A stretch of DNA of 64,000 nt. Source: an uncultured Bacilli bacterium (GTDB lineage Bacteria > Bacillota_I > Bacilli_A > RF39 > UBA660). Position 1 is the stretch's first letter; each line of letters begins with the position of its first letter. The translations under genes were made by a program, and so were the position numbers. Positions 9,952 to 20,252 of this stretch are shown here, piece by piece. The notes under the pieces were generated by a model that ran no database searches, had not been told where the DNA came from, and saw only the letters and a program-made list of their open reading frames with translations. Where the stretch lies: NCBI GenBank assembly GCA_947629935.1, contig CANRFQ010000004.1, positions 5,403-69,402 on the forward strand, read 5' to 3'.

Positions 9952-10581
9952 ATGCAATATATTGCCCATCGCGGTTATAAAAATAATAGCCGAGAAAATA
10001 CAATTGAGTCATTTTTAAATGCAATCAATGATCCTTATTTTTGTGGTTTTGAACTAGATATAAGAGAAAGTAAAGATAAAAAAATTGTAGTTATTCATGA
10101 TGCCTTTTTAGATCGAGTTACCACCAAGACAGGACTAGTAAAAAATAAAAAAGCCAAAACCTTAAAAAAATTGGGCATTCCTTTTTTAGAAGATGTCTTA
10201 AAATTATCTACAACTAAAAAAATAGTGATAGAAATTAAAGATTACGAGATGAATTTGGATAATTTAGTAAATATGTTAAATAAATACGCGGATAAAGATA
10301 TTTACGTTTGGAGTTTTAGTAGTAAAGTTATTAAAAAATTAGCTAAGTATCAAAGGACTTTTAAAGTAGGTGTTTTAAATATTGTTATAAATAGTGAAAA
10401 AAATTATGATGATTATGATTTTATTGGTATTTATAAAAATATCTTAACCAATGATCTCGCCGCTTATTTTATCTCTCATAATATTGAACTTTTTATCTGG
10501 GGTTTAATGGATCATATTTATATTGATACAAGTTTTAAATATAAGGACAAACTTTACTTGATAGTAAATAAGAAAATATGA
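9952..10581 (+). CDS. Glycerophosphodiester phosphodiesterase family protein
   Basis: IAHRGYKNNSRENTIESF and GFELDIRESKDKKIVVIHD motifs of GDPD enzymes. Confidence 0.8.
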   Translation: MQYIAHRGYKNNSRENTIESFLNAINDPYFCGFELDIRESKDKKIVVIHDAFLDRVTTKTGLVKNKKAKTLKKLGIPFLEDVLKLSTTKKIVIEIKDYEMNLDNLVNMLNKYADKDIYVWSFSSKVIKKLAKYQRTFKVGVLNIVINSEKNYDDYDFIGIYKNILTNDLAAYFISHNIELFIWGLMDHIYIDTSFKYKDKLYLIVNKKI

Positions 10582-10598
10582 TATAATCGCCATAGTAG

Positions 10599-12701
10599 GT
10601 GATCACAGTGCCAAAGAATAAAAATGGGAAACAAAATGAAGAAATCGAAATTTTAGATTTAAGCCAAGAAGAAGAAAAAAATACTTCAACTTGGGAAGTA
10701 GAAGAAGAGAAAGAAAATATTTTTAGACGTTTAAAAGATAAATGGGATGATTTAAACTCACGCACTAGAACAATTATCATTGTCGTCTTTTTATGTGTAG
10801 TCGTAATAGCGATTAGTACTGTCTTATTCTTTATTTTAACTAAAGAAGCCCCTGCTAATACAAAAAAGGAGGTTATTGTTGCTAAAGATAATTATCGTTA
10901 TGAAGATGGCGTTTTATATTTTGTAGTAAATAATAAGGATATTGGTAGTTATAAGTGTCAGAATAAAGATAAAAATTTATGCTATGTAGCTTACGAAGAT
11001 AATGATGATAACTTTGATGAAACTAAATATGTTACTACTGATAAAATTAGAAGTAAAATAATCAAAAATAAATATGTTTTTGTCTTTGATAACGAAAAAA
11101 AATCAGCGGAAAAGGTTAGTTTATATGATATAAAAAATCAAAAAGTAATAGATACCTATAAAACGATCAAAACCTATGCTAACTTAGATGATTTAGTATT
11201 TGCCTTAAATGAAGAAAATGAATATGGTATATTAAATTTTACAAGCGGAAAAAACACCGAGTTAGTTGATTTTACTTATGATTATTTAGGTGTTGTTACC
11301 GAAAATAAGACAAGCAACGATGAAACCATTGTGGCTAAAGAAGGTAACGGTTACTATTTAATGGATCTTGATGGTAAAAAATTAACTAGTAATTTAACAG
11401 GGGAAATTAAAAATTATAATGCAAAATATGTCAAAACTGTTGATGCCGCGGGAAAATATATTCTGTATGATTACGAAGGTCAAAAAGTTGCGGAAGATTT
11501 AAATTACATTGATTTATTAGATGAATATTATTTAGCTGTTGATAATGAAAATAAATTAAAAATTATGGGATATGATGGTACTAAATATTTAGAGGAAGGA
11601 TTAGAACTTCATAGTACTGATTATGTTCCGACTGTCAAAAAAGATAAAAATAATAAAGAAAAATCTAAAGATTATGCTTATACTTATTCTTTAGAAGATA
11701 CAAATTTAACTATTAATATTAATAATGATGGTAAAGAAGAAAGTAAAACTATCAATTTACTGGAAGGATTAGTAAGTAAAAATTATAAATTTGTTAGTTA
11801 TTATAACGGCGCAATCTATTTTTATTCTGATGAAGCCAAGACAACTTTAATAAATTCTTATGTCTGCAATAATCCTAATAAAATTACTAAACCTGAAGAT
11901 AAGTTTGAGACATGCTTTTTAGCTAGTGATACTAATGAACATGATAATGAAACAAATGAAGTTTATCAATCTGCTAGTATTACACCAATTTATAATAATC
12001 GTTATGTATTTATTAAAGATGATAATATTATTAACTTAGTTGATTTAACGGAGGAAAAAGTTAAAGGTACTTATAATGCTATTAATACCTTTAGTGATCC
12101 AACTTTAACTGACCCATACATCGCTACACCAACCGAACAATTCGTTATTGCTAAAAATCGTAATAATAAATATGGACTTTTAAAAATGATGCCAACTAGT
12201 GTAGTCAGTATCTATAATTTTGAATATGATCGCCTAGAAACACTTCATCAGAATATTTTAGCTAAAAAAGGTGATAAATCTTTCTTACTTGATTATAATG
12301 GCAATAAAATAACTTATGAATATACTGGCCAAATTCGCAATTACAGTAAAGAACATGTTAAAGTTTTAAATAATGGTAAATACTATGTCTTTGATTTTGG
12401 CGGCAATTTAGTATTTGAAGATGGTTATAAGTATGTTGAACTATATGATGATTTTGCAGGCTTAGTTGATGATGCTAATCATTTAAATGTTGTTGATTAT
12501 GATGATAACCGAATTATTAAAGATGTTTTAAAATTATCTTCGACTACTTACTATAATGCCAAAGAAGGATATGTCCCAGCCTTTTCCATGCGTAAGGAAG
12601 ATAATAAACTAATAATTACCGCCGCGACATCCCAAAATACTAAAACCGAAAAAGCTAAAGACTTTGTCTATGATTTAACGACTAAGGCGAGAATTAGTTA
12701 G
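10599..12701 (+). CDS. Membrane-anchored WG/YG-repeat protein (paralogue 1)
   Basis: Acidic N-terminus, one TM, and repeated modules containing Y.C...C.(Y/F)A and (K/E)YG(I/L)L motifs. Paralogous to the next ORF. Confidence 0.6.
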   Translation: MITVPKNKNGKQNEEIEILDLSQEEEKNTSTWEVEEEKENIFRRLKDKWDDLNSRTRTIIIVVFLCVVVIAISTVLFFILTKEAPANTKKEVIVAKDNYRYEDGVLYFVVNNKDIGSYKCQNKDKNLCYVAYEDNDDNFDETKYVTTDKIRSKIIKNKYVFVFDNEKKSAEKVSLYDIKNQKVIDTYKTIKTYANLDDLVFALNEENEYGILNFTSGKNTELVDFTYDYLGVVTENKTSNDETIVAKEGNGYYLMDLDGKKLTSNLTGEIKNYNAKYVKTVDAAGKYILYDYEGQKVAEDLNYIDLLDEYYLAVDNENKLKIMGYDGTKYLEEGLELHSTDYVPTVKKDKNNKEKSKDYAYTYSLEDTNLTININNDGKEESKTINLLEGLVSKNYKFVSYYNGAIYFYSDEAKTTLINSYVCNNPNKITKPEDKFETCFLASDTNEHDNETNEVYQSASITPIYNNRYVFIKDDNIINLVDLTEEKVKGTYNAINTFSDPTLTDPYIATPTEQFVIAKNRNNKYGLLKMMPTSVVSIYNFEYDRLETLHQNILAKKGDKSFLLDYNGNKITYEYTGQIRNYSKEHVKVLNNGKYYVFDFGGNLVFEDGYKYVELYDDFAGLVDDANHLNVVDYDDNRIIKDVLKLSSTTYYNAKEGYVPAFSMRKEDNKLIITAATSQNTKTEKAKDFVYDLTTKARIS

Positions 12702-12709
12702 GTGATTTT

Positions 12710-13684
12710 ATGGAACGAAAGAATACCGGAATTTTGGTAATAATTATTGGGCTTTTAGTTATTATGCTCCCTTTGACTTTTTTAAGTGTTTATTTCAAGT
12801 TTACAACTCCTGTTAAAGAAAAAGAAGAACCTATTACCAATGATGTTCCTCAAAAAGAAACTAATGATACCTCCAAATATAGCGATGGTAAATTATATTT
12901 CTATAATAAAGATAAAGAGTTATTAGGAGAATATGTATGTCAAAAAGATCCTTGTAGTTATGCAATCAGTGAAAATGATGATAAGCTTTATGCACTAGAT
13001 TACTTGGAAACTGAACAAACAGATATCAATGTTTTATTAGATAAATATGCACTTATTTATGATAATGAGCAAACTCTTTTATGGGATATAGCAAAAAATG
13101 AAGTAGTAAACACTTATAAATCGGTGAAAAATTACAATAACATGATGTCTCCGGAAATAGTTTTAGTTAAAAATACGGAAGATAAATGGGGAATTGTAAA
13201 ATTAGGAGAACAAGTAGAAACTATTAGTGATTTTACTTATGATTTTATTGGTTTAATTGATAATTTAGATTCAAATAATCTTCTTAAAACTAATAATTAT
13301 ATTGTAAAAAATGGTAATCTATGGGGAATTATTGATGGTGAAGGAGATTTAATCAGTAATTATTTAGCCGGGGAAATTACCAATTATAATGATATTTTAA
13401 TTAGTTTAAAAAATGAAAATGTCTACTATTTATATGATTATAATGGTAAAAGAGTAGTTGATGAAAATGGCTTTAATTATCTTTCATTTACCGATAAATA
13501 TATTAATATTGTTGATAAAAATAATAACTTATATATTTATGATTATATTAATGATAAAAAAATTAGTCCAAATATCAAGTTAGATAATAATGATTATAAA
13601 AAGGCTTTTAAAAGTCAACTAAACTATGGAACTAATAAGATAGATTTAATTATTGGGGACAAGACCTATAATTACGATCTTTAA
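12710..13684 (+). CDS. Membrane-anchored WG-repeat protein (paralogue 2)
   Basis: One N-terminal TM, with DKWGIVKLG and LWGIIDGEGDLIS motifs typical of WG-containing repeats. Same module order as 10599-12701. Confidence 0.6.
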   Translation: MERKNTGILVIIIGLLVIMLPLTFLSVYFKFTTPVKEKEEPITNDVPQKETNDTSKYSDGKLYFYNKDKELLGEYVCQKDPCSYAISENDDKLYALDYLETEQTDINVLLDKYALIYDNEQTLLWDIAKNEVVNTYKSVKNYNNMMSPEIVLVKNTEDKWGIVKLGEQVETISDFTYDFIGLIDNLDSNNLLKTNNYIVKNGNLWGIIDGEGDLISNYLAGEITNYNDILISLKNENVYYLYDYNGKRVVDENGFNYLSFTDKYINIVDKNNNLYIYDYINDKKISPNIKLDNNDYKKAFKSQLNYGTNKIDLIIGDKTYNYDL

Positions 13685-13798
13685 AAAATAGAAATTTTTC
13701 TATTTTTTTTTGCCCAAAAAAGGAAAACAAATATTTATCTATAATATATCTATTAGAAGAACTTATTGTTCTTAAATTAAATAGAATGGAGGTGAAAA

Positions 13799-14710
13799 AT
13801 GCCAATATTATTTGAACAGCCGACCGAAGCTAAATATGCTTATAAATTTAGGAAAGACAGTAAATTTATACCTTTAGTAATTGATGACATGTTTTATACT
13901 ATGTTAAACAATGAAAAAAGAAAACAATATGTTGCCACTTTAATATCTTATTGTACAGATTTAAAATACGAATATATTATGGATAATATTAAATTTATCA
14001 AAAATACAATAGATAAAGAAAATTATCACGATAGTAAAAAGACAGTAGATTTAATAGTAAAAATAAACAAAAAAGTTTATAATATAGAAATGAATAATTT
14101 TCCTAATATTCAAGCTTTAGAAAGAAATGTTGATTATGCTAACGAAATATATCGCAGTCCAAGACAAAAAGGCAGAGAATATAAATTTCAACAAGTAATC
14201 CAAATAAATATATGTAACTTTAAATTTAAAGGGAATAATACGACAATTGAAGAATATTATATTCAAAATGAAAATTATATTTTAACGGATAAAATAAAAT
14301 TTATATTTATATATCTACCAAATATAAGAGAAAAGTTTTATAATAAATCTAGATTAACAAACATTGAAAAATTAATGTTAACATTTAATGAAGGAAAATA
14401 TGATGATATAAAAGAAGTAGTGAAAGGAAGTAAAATCATGGAAGAATATCGTAAAGATGCTGAAGAGGCTGCGGAAATTCAAGAATTATGGGAAAGACTA
14501 GCTTATGATAGAGAAGCTGAGCAAAAAGCCCTTTATCAAGCGGAATTGAAAAGAAGAGAGGAATTTGGGATAAAACAAACTCAAAAAGCAGCTGCCATAG
14601 CTTTATATAAAAAAGGTGTATCCAAAGAAATAATATGTGATGCCTTAAATATGGATTCTCAACAATTAGAAGATAGTCTTGCTGAAAATGAAGACAATGC
14701 AGAAAAGTAA
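13799..14710 (+). CDS. PD-(D/E)XK nuclease family protein (Rpn/putative transposase-like)
   Basis: The N-terminal pattern DDMFYTMLNNEKRKQYVATLIS...VDLIVKINKKVYNIEMNN resembles the Rpn/PD-(D/E)XK nuclease family. Charged helical C-terminus. Confidence 0.6.
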   Translation: MPILFEQPTEAKYAYKFRKDSKFIPLVIDDMFYTMLNNEKRKQYVATLISYCTDLKYEYIMDNIKFIKNTIDKENYHDSKKTVDLIVKINKKVYNIEMNNFPNIQALERNVDYANEIYRSPRQKGREYKFQQVIQINICNFKFKGNNTTIEEYYIQNENYILTDKIKFIFIYLPNIREKFYNKSRLTNIEKLMLTFNEGKYDDIKEVVKGSKIMEEYRKDAEEAAEIQELWERLAYDREAEQKALYQAELKRREEFGIKQTQKAAAIALYKKGVSKEIICDALNMDSQQLEDSLAENEDNAEK

Positions 14711-14810
14711 TTGTCTTTTATTTTGCAATTAGTTAAAATTGAAAAGCACTTATATCTTTTTAATTTTTATTCTTAATGTTACAATATATCTGATTGAAAG
14801 GAAAGTTATT

Positions 14811-15545
14811 ATGGCAAAAACAGTGTTAATAACGGGTGCAAGTAAGGGAATAGGTCGAAAAATGGCCGAACTTTTTGCTCAAAATAATTATAATGTGATT
14901 ATTAATTATAATCATAGTGCTCAAGAAGCCAAACAATTACAAGCCGAAATTTTAGAAAAATATAAGGTGAAAACTTTACTAATTCAAGCAGATATATCTC
15001 AAGAAGAAGATGTTAAAAAAATGGTAAAAGAATCTCTTCACACTTTTACAAAGATAGATGTCTTAATTAATAATGCGGCGTTAAGTAAAGATGAGGATAT
15101 ATGGGAAAAAAGTATAGAAAGTTTTAAGCAAGTAATTGATGTGAATTTAATAGGAACATTTCTTATGTGTCAGTATGTTGGAAAAGAAATGTTAAAAGCC
15201 CAGGATGGTTGCATTATTAATATTGCTTCGACTAATGGCATCGATACATTAAATACTTATTCAGCTGATTATGATGCATCTAAAGCCGGAGTAATTTCTT
15301 TAACTCATAATTTTGCTAAATCTTTAGCTCCTTACATTCGCGTAAATGCAATTGCTCCTGGCTGGACCAATACAGAATCAGTTTTAGAAATGAATCCAAA
15401 TATTTTAAAAACTGAAAAAGAAAAGATTCTTTTAAAACGTTTTGCGGATCCCGAGGAAATTGCCAATGTAGCTTTATTTTTAGCTAGTGATAAAGCTAAT
15501 TATATAAATAGTAGTGTCATTAGAGTAGATGGAGGTCAAGCATGA
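14811..15545 (+). CDS. SDR family oxidoreductase (FabG-like)
   Basis: TGASKGIGR Rossmann motif, NNAA, and the YDASK catalytic Y-x3-K. Start at ATG 14811 (MAKTVLITG) with a GAAAGGAAAG RBS; the ORF track starts at 14739. Confidence 0.85.
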   Translation: MAKTVLITGASKGIGRKMAELFAQNNYNVIINYNHSAQEAKQLQAEILEKYKVKTLLIQADISQEEDVKKMVKESLHTFTKIDVLINNAALSKDEDIWEKSIESFKQVIDVNLIGTFLMCQYVGKEMLKAQDGCIINIASTNGIDTLNTYSADYDASKAGVISLTHNFAKSLAPYIRVNAIAPGWTNTESVLEMNPNILKTEKEKILLKRFADPEEIANVALFLASDKANYINSSVIRVDGGQA

Positions 15546-16783
15546 TCAAGATAAATCCCGAAGTATTAAAGGTAGCTAATGAATGTGAAGAACAATTAAA
15601 AAATATTTTTTCTGATATTGATAATGCCGCATATAATAATAGCTTAAAAGTTTTAAATGCTTTTCATAAATATAAAATAAGTGAAAATCATTTTCAGGAA
15701 ACTACAGGTTATGGTTATGCCGATTTAGGCCGTGATACTATTGAGCAAGTTTTTGCTGATGTTTTGGGAAGTGAAGATGCTTTAGTTCGTAATCAATTTA
15801 TATCCGGTTCGCATGCTTTAAATGTGACTTTTTTTGCTTTACTTCGTCCAGGGGATACGATGCTTAGTATCAGTGGTGAACCTTATGATACTTTACATGA
15901 AGTTATTGGAATTAAACCTAACGCAAGTTCTCTGAAATCATTCCAGATCAATTATGCTCAAATTGATTTAAAAGATGATGATTTTAATTATTCAAAAATC
16001 ACTGAATATTTAAAGAAAAATCAAGTTAAATTAATTCACATTCAAAGATCAAAAGGGTATTCAACCCGCAAAAGTTTAACTATCGATAAAGTTGAAAAAG
16101 TAATTAAATTAATTCGCCAAATAAACTCCGAAGTTATTATTATGGTTGATAATTGTTATTGTGAATTTGTGGAAGCTAAAACGCCTATTGAAGTAGGTGC
16201 TGATGTTATAGTTGGTTCTTTAATTAAAAATTTAGGAGGAAGTATTGCTCCTAATGGCGCGTATGTGGCCGGAAGAAAGGATTTAATAGAACTCGTAGCC
16301 GAAAGATTAACTTTGCCTAAAGAAGGTCGCGAAGTAGGACCATCTTTAGGGGTTAATAAACAATTTTTACAAGGTATATATATGGCTCCTAGTGTTGTAG
16401 CTAGTAGTTTAAAAACAGCCATTTTTACTTCTTTGCTCTTAGAAAAACTAGGTTATAATGTCGAACCTAAATATAATGATAAGCGCGCTGACATAGTCCA
16501 AAATATCATCTTTAATGATGAGGATAAACTGATTAAATATACCCAAGGTATTCAAGCTGCCTCAGCCATTGATGCCCATACTTTACCAGTGGGTAGTCCA
16601 ATGCCTGGTTATAGCGATGAGGTTATTATGGCTTCTGGTTCATTTATTCAAGGATCTTCTATTGAAATATCTTGTGATGGACCATTAAGAAAACCATATA
16701 TTGCTTATCAACAAGGAGCAATTACTTATGATTATGGTAAAATTGCTGTTTTAAATGCCGTCTCTAATATTTACAATAATTGA
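15542..16783 (+). CDS. Methionine gamma-lyase family protein (YnbB / aluminium-resistance family)
   Basis: HFQETTGYGYADLGRDTIEQVFADVLGSEDALVR and the downstream PLP-fold pattern are typical of YnbB-like proteins. ATGA overlap with the upstream SDR gene. Confidence 0.7.
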   Translation: MIKINPEVLKVANECEEQLKNIFSDIDNAAYNNSLKVLNAFHKYKISENHFQETTGYGYADLGRDTIEQVFADVLGSEDALVRNQFISGSHALNVTFFALLRPGDTMLSISGEPYDTLHEVIGIKPNASSLKSFQINYAQIDLKDDDFNYSKITEYLKKNQVKLIHIQRSKGYSTRKSLTIDKVEKVIKLIRQINSEVIIMVDNCYCEFVEAKTPIEVGADVIVGSLIKNLGGSIAPNGAYVAGRKDLIELVAERLTLPKEGREVGPSLGVNKQFLQGIYMAPSVVASSLKTAIFTSLLLEKLGYNVEPKYNDKRADIVQNIIFNDEDKLIKYTQGIQAASAIDAHTLPVGSPMPGYSDEVIMASGSFIQGSSIEISCDGPLRKPYIAYQQGAITYDYGKIAVLNAVSNIYNN

Positions 16784-16858
16784 CAAAGACTTTTGTAAAT
16801 TTAATTTACATATTATTTGCAAAATGATACATTATAAATAGTAAAGTGAGAGATTAAT

Positions 16859-18187
16859 ATGAAGAAGTTTAAAAGTGGCTTTATTTTATTATTTATAATG
16901 ACATTTAGTATGTTTATAGGAAATTTAGTTGTCAAAGCGGAAATTGGTGAACAAGAAGTAGATTCCTATGAGTCAATTCCCCCATTAGAAAGTCAAGACT
17001 ATGTATGGGAATCAGAAACGAATATGACAAAATATGATGTTTTAAACATTTTTACAGGTGATGCGGAAGGATGGATTCCCCGAATCAAATTTGAAGGTAC
17101 TGATAAAAATAATATTCAGACATACTTGTTTTGTTTAAGTTATCATGATTTGGCGCCTAGTACTAGTGTAAAATATTCTCTAGCTACTTGGGATACCATG
17201 GAAAAAATGAATGAGATTCGTTACATTATGGAACATGGTTTCGGATATGCCGGAAATAAATACAGTGAAGATTATGCTAATTTAGTTAAAGACTACTATA
17301 TTACGCAAGTGGCTATATGGCAACTACAAGGCGATTATGGTTATGAAGTCGGAAGTAAAAGAATTAACGTATTAACTGACGAAAATGATAAAAAATACAA
17401 TAAAGAAAATGGTACTGAAAATAGTGGAGAAGCTGCTAAAGCGTATCAAAAGATAAAAGAATTAGTAACTAATGCTAAAGATCATACTAATGCCAATCCC
17501 ATTAACAATAAAAGAATGATTGCAAAATTTGTGCCAACTAATGCTTATGGCTATCAAATATTAACACCTTTTAAAATATATGTTTTGCCGGAACCACAAA
17601 CTGAAACGCATACATGTGAAAAAGTAGGAGATTTATACTATGATAAAAATGGTAGTGCGGTAAGCAAAGAAGATTACGAAAAATCTTGTTTCACAAATCC
17701 TACTTGTACTTATAAAAATGGAAAATATTATGATGATAAAGGTAATGAAGTAACACAAAGTGAATACAAAGAAATTTGTGAGCCAACCATTGAACCTAAA
17801 ATTAAAATCACTTATAAAGATAAATGTACTAATGAACATGTTGGCAATGCCAAAATGAAATTAGTAAAAGGTGCCAATTGCTCTGGAACAGCAGTTAAAT
17901 CTTGGACATCAGGTACGGTTAAAACTTTTAATGATATAGAAGCAGGAAGTTACATGATTTGTGATACGACTAACAATTATAGCAAAAGTATAGCTGTTAA
18001 AAGAATAAGTAGTTTACAAGAATTTGAAATGTATACCAATCCCGATACTTGTGAGGAACCAGCTGCTAATGAAGAAAAACCGCCAACGGGGGTAGCATCA
18101 GTCACTTTAATTGGGGTAGTTCTTGCTATAACTGTCGGTGGATACATATATCTTAAAAAACATGACAAATTTATAAAAATGAAATAA
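16859..18187 (+). CDS. Thioester-domain (TQXA) surface adhesin with C-terminal cell-wall sorting signal
   Basis: Signal peptide. FCLSYHDLAP (thioester Cys) and YYITQVAIWQLQG (TQXA Gln motif). Cna-B/prealbumin-like region. C-terminus KPPTG + hydrophobic stretch + KKHDKFIKMK. Confidence 0.75.
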   Translation: MKKFKSGFILLFIMTFSMFIGNLVVKAEIGEQEVDSYESIPPLESQDYVWESETNMTKYDVLNIFTGDAEGWIPRIKFEGTDKNNIQTYLFCLSYHDLAPSTSVKYSLATWDTMEKMNEIRYIMEHGFGYAGNKYSEDYANLVKDYYITQVAIWQLQGDYGYEVGSKRINVLTDENDKKYNKENGTENSGEAAKAYQKIKELVTNAKDHTNANPINNKRMIAKFVPTNAYGYQILTPFKIYVLPEPQTETHTCEKVGDLYYDKNGSAVSKEDYEKSCFTNPTCTYKNGKYYDDKGNEVTQSEYKEICEPTIEPKIKITYKDKCTNEHVGNAKMKLVKGANCSGTAVKSWTSGTVKTFNDIEAGSYMICDTTNNYSKSIAVKRISSLQEFEMYTNPDTCEEPAANEEKPPTGVASVTLIGVVLAITVGGYIYLKKHDKFIKMK

Positions 18188-18262
18188 GACAATTTTCGTC
18201 TTATTTTTTTGCGCTAAAAAAGGGATTTTTAAATATAGTTTAAATAGGGGAGATGAATTGGA

Positions 18263-19198
18263 TTGAAAATAAAAATAGGAATTCCAAGAGCGCTTTTATA
18301 CTATAAATATCCAACTTTATGGACGAATTTTTTTCAGAATTTAAATCTTGATATCGTTTTAAGTCCTAAGACTAATAAAGAAATAATTGATAAAGGAAAT
18401 CAGTATATTATCGATGAAGCTTGTTTATCATTAAAAATATTTATGGGTCATGTAGACTATTTAAAAGATAAATGTGATTACATTTTTATCCCGCGTTTTG
18501 CATGTGTTAAAGAAAATGAAAAAGTATGTACTAATTTTTTGGCTATTTATGATTTAGTTAGAAATTGTTTTCCCAAATTAAAAATTTTGAATTTTAATTT
18601 AGATATAGAAAATAATGAGGAAGAAATAGACGGATTTATTAAAATTGGTAAAGAATTAGGATTTTCCTATTTAGAAATTCTAAGAGCCTATGAATCTGCT
18701 AAATCTCAAGAGAAAGCAGCTTTTTTAAATAAAAAAGAAATGCTTAAAAATAAAATTAAAAGTGCTAAATTAAAAATTATGGTCGTTGCTCATCCGTATA
18801 ATTTGCATGATGAATTTGTTGGTAAACCAATTATTAAATATTTAGAAAAAGAAGATGTTACAGTTTTATTATCAGATGTGTATGATAATCAAGCAAAAAT
18901 TGATTGTACAGGTATATCTAATACTTTATATTGGACCTATAATAAAGAATTAATGACATTTATTAAGCGTTATAAAGATTATGTTGATGGTATTATTTTG
19001 GTATCAACTTTTCCTTGTGGTCCTGATTCTTTAGCTAATGAACTAATCATCAGAAGAGTTAAAAATATTCCCATTTCTTATATTACTATTGATAATAATT
19101 CCTCCGATACGGGGCTTATTACGCGTTTAGAAAGTTTTATCGATATTATTAGAATTCAAAAGGAAAGGAATAATAATCATGTCAAAACCTATAATTAG
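18263..19198 (+). CDS. Acyl-CoA dehydratase activase-related protein (DUF2229-type)
   Basis: IGIPRALLYYKYPTLWTNFF...IDEACLSLKIFMGHVDYL matches the conserved N-terminus of CoA-enzyme-activase-associated DUF2229 proteins. Confidence 0.65.
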   Translation: MKIKIGIPRALLYYKYPTLWTNFFQNLNLDIVLSPKTNKEIIDKGNQYIIDEACLSLKIFMGHVDYLKDKCDYIFIPRFACVKENEKVCTNFLAIYDLVRNCFPKLKILNFNLDIENNEEEIDGFIKIGKELGFSYLEILRAYESAKSQEKAAFLNKKEMLKNKIKSAKLKIMVVAHPYNLHDEFVGKPIIKYLEKEDVTVLLSDVYDNQAKIDCTGISNTLYWTYNKELMTFIKRYKDYVDGIILVSTFPCGPDSLANELIIRRVKNIPISYITIDNNSSDTGLITRLESFIDIIRIQKERNNNHVKTYN

Positions 19199-20252
19199 TT
19201 TTCCCCATTTAGGTAATTATGCGGCGCCTTTCTCTTATTTTTTTAAACATACGACAGATTGTCAAGTTTTAATAGCTCCCGCTATAACAAAAAAAACGAT
19301 TGAAATTGGTAGTAAATATAGTCCCGATTTTGTCTGTTTACCTTTTAAATACAATTTAGGCAATTTTATTGAAGCTTTAGGCCAAAATGCTACTATCTTA
19401 GCCCAGGCGGGTGGTGGTTGTCGTTATGGTTGTTATGGCGAAGTGCAAGAACAAATATTAAAAGATTTAGGGTATAATTTTGAATTTTTATCTTTAATGA
19501 ATAATGGCAAAGTTAATATTTTAACAATTTATAGAGCTTTAAAAAAAATAACCCCGCATTTAAACTTTTTTAAATATTTTTATTACTTACTCGTCAGTAT
19601 GTTAATGATTTATTATATTGATAAAACAGAAAACTTTATTCGTCTTAATATTGGCTTTGAACAAAATAAGGGGAGTTTTAAGAATTTAGAAAAGCAAATG
19701 CTACAAGATTTTAAAACTAATCGCGGTTTGATTTCTTTAACCTTGAGATATTTTAAATATAAACACAGATTTAAAAAACTGCCTTTAAATAAACCATCTA
19801 ATCCTTTAAAAATAGGAATTATCGGGGAATTATATACCTCTATGGAACAATTTTCTTCTTACTTTATTGAAGAAGAGTTAGCTAAATTTAATATTGAGGT
19901 CAAACGTTTTACTAATCTTACTTATCTTTTAGTAAAAAAGAAATTAGTAACCAAAAAGATGCTTAAAGATGTTAAAGAATATGCTAAATATAATTTAGGA
20001 GCTGATGGTCTAGATAATGTAGCCAGATGTAAATATTTAATTAAGCATGGCTTTGATGGCATTATTCACATAAAACCTTTTGGCTGTACCCCGGAAATAG
20101 GAGCAATGCCTATTATTAATAAAATTTGTAAAGATTACAATATGCCCATTATTTATTTTTCTTTTGATTCTCAAACCTCGGATGAAGGTATTAAAACCCG
20201 TCTGGAGGCTTTAGTAGATATGTTAAAAGAAAGGAAGCGAAAAAATGATTAA
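19179..20252 (+). CDS. 2-hydroxyacyl-CoA dehydratase-like / activase-associated protein
   Basis: FPHLGNYAAPFSYFF...SPDFVCLPFKYNLGNFIEAL and the C-terminal HIKPFGCTPE motif. Overlaps the upstream gene. Confidence 0.6.
   Translation: MSKPIISFPHLGNYAAPFSYFFKHTTDCQVLIAPAITKKTIEIGSKYSPDFVCLPFKYNLGNFIEALGQNATILAQAGGGCRYGCYGEVQEQILKDLGYNFEFLSLMNNGKVNILTIYRALKKITPHLNFFKYFYYLLVSMLMIYYIDKTENFIRLNIGFEQNKGSFKNLEKQMLQDFKTNRGLISLTLRYFKYKHRFKKLPLNKPSNPLKIGIIGELYTSMEQFSSYFIEEELAKFNIEVKRFTNLTYLLVKKKLVTKKMLKDVKEYAKYNLGADGLDNVARCKYLIKHGFDGIIHIKPFGCTPEIGAMPIINKICKDYNMPIIYFSFDSQTSDEGIKTRLEALVDMLKERKRKND

Noticed and set aside
13685-13710. 26-nt sequence AAAATAGAAATTTTTCTATTTTTTT, identical at 13685-13710 and 41228-41253; considered as possible element boundaries or att-like repeats
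   Set aside because: Both copies are simple AT-rich intrinsic terminators placed directly after stop codons. Their positions do not bracket any coherent element, since one lies in the middle of the Tad-T4SS locus.
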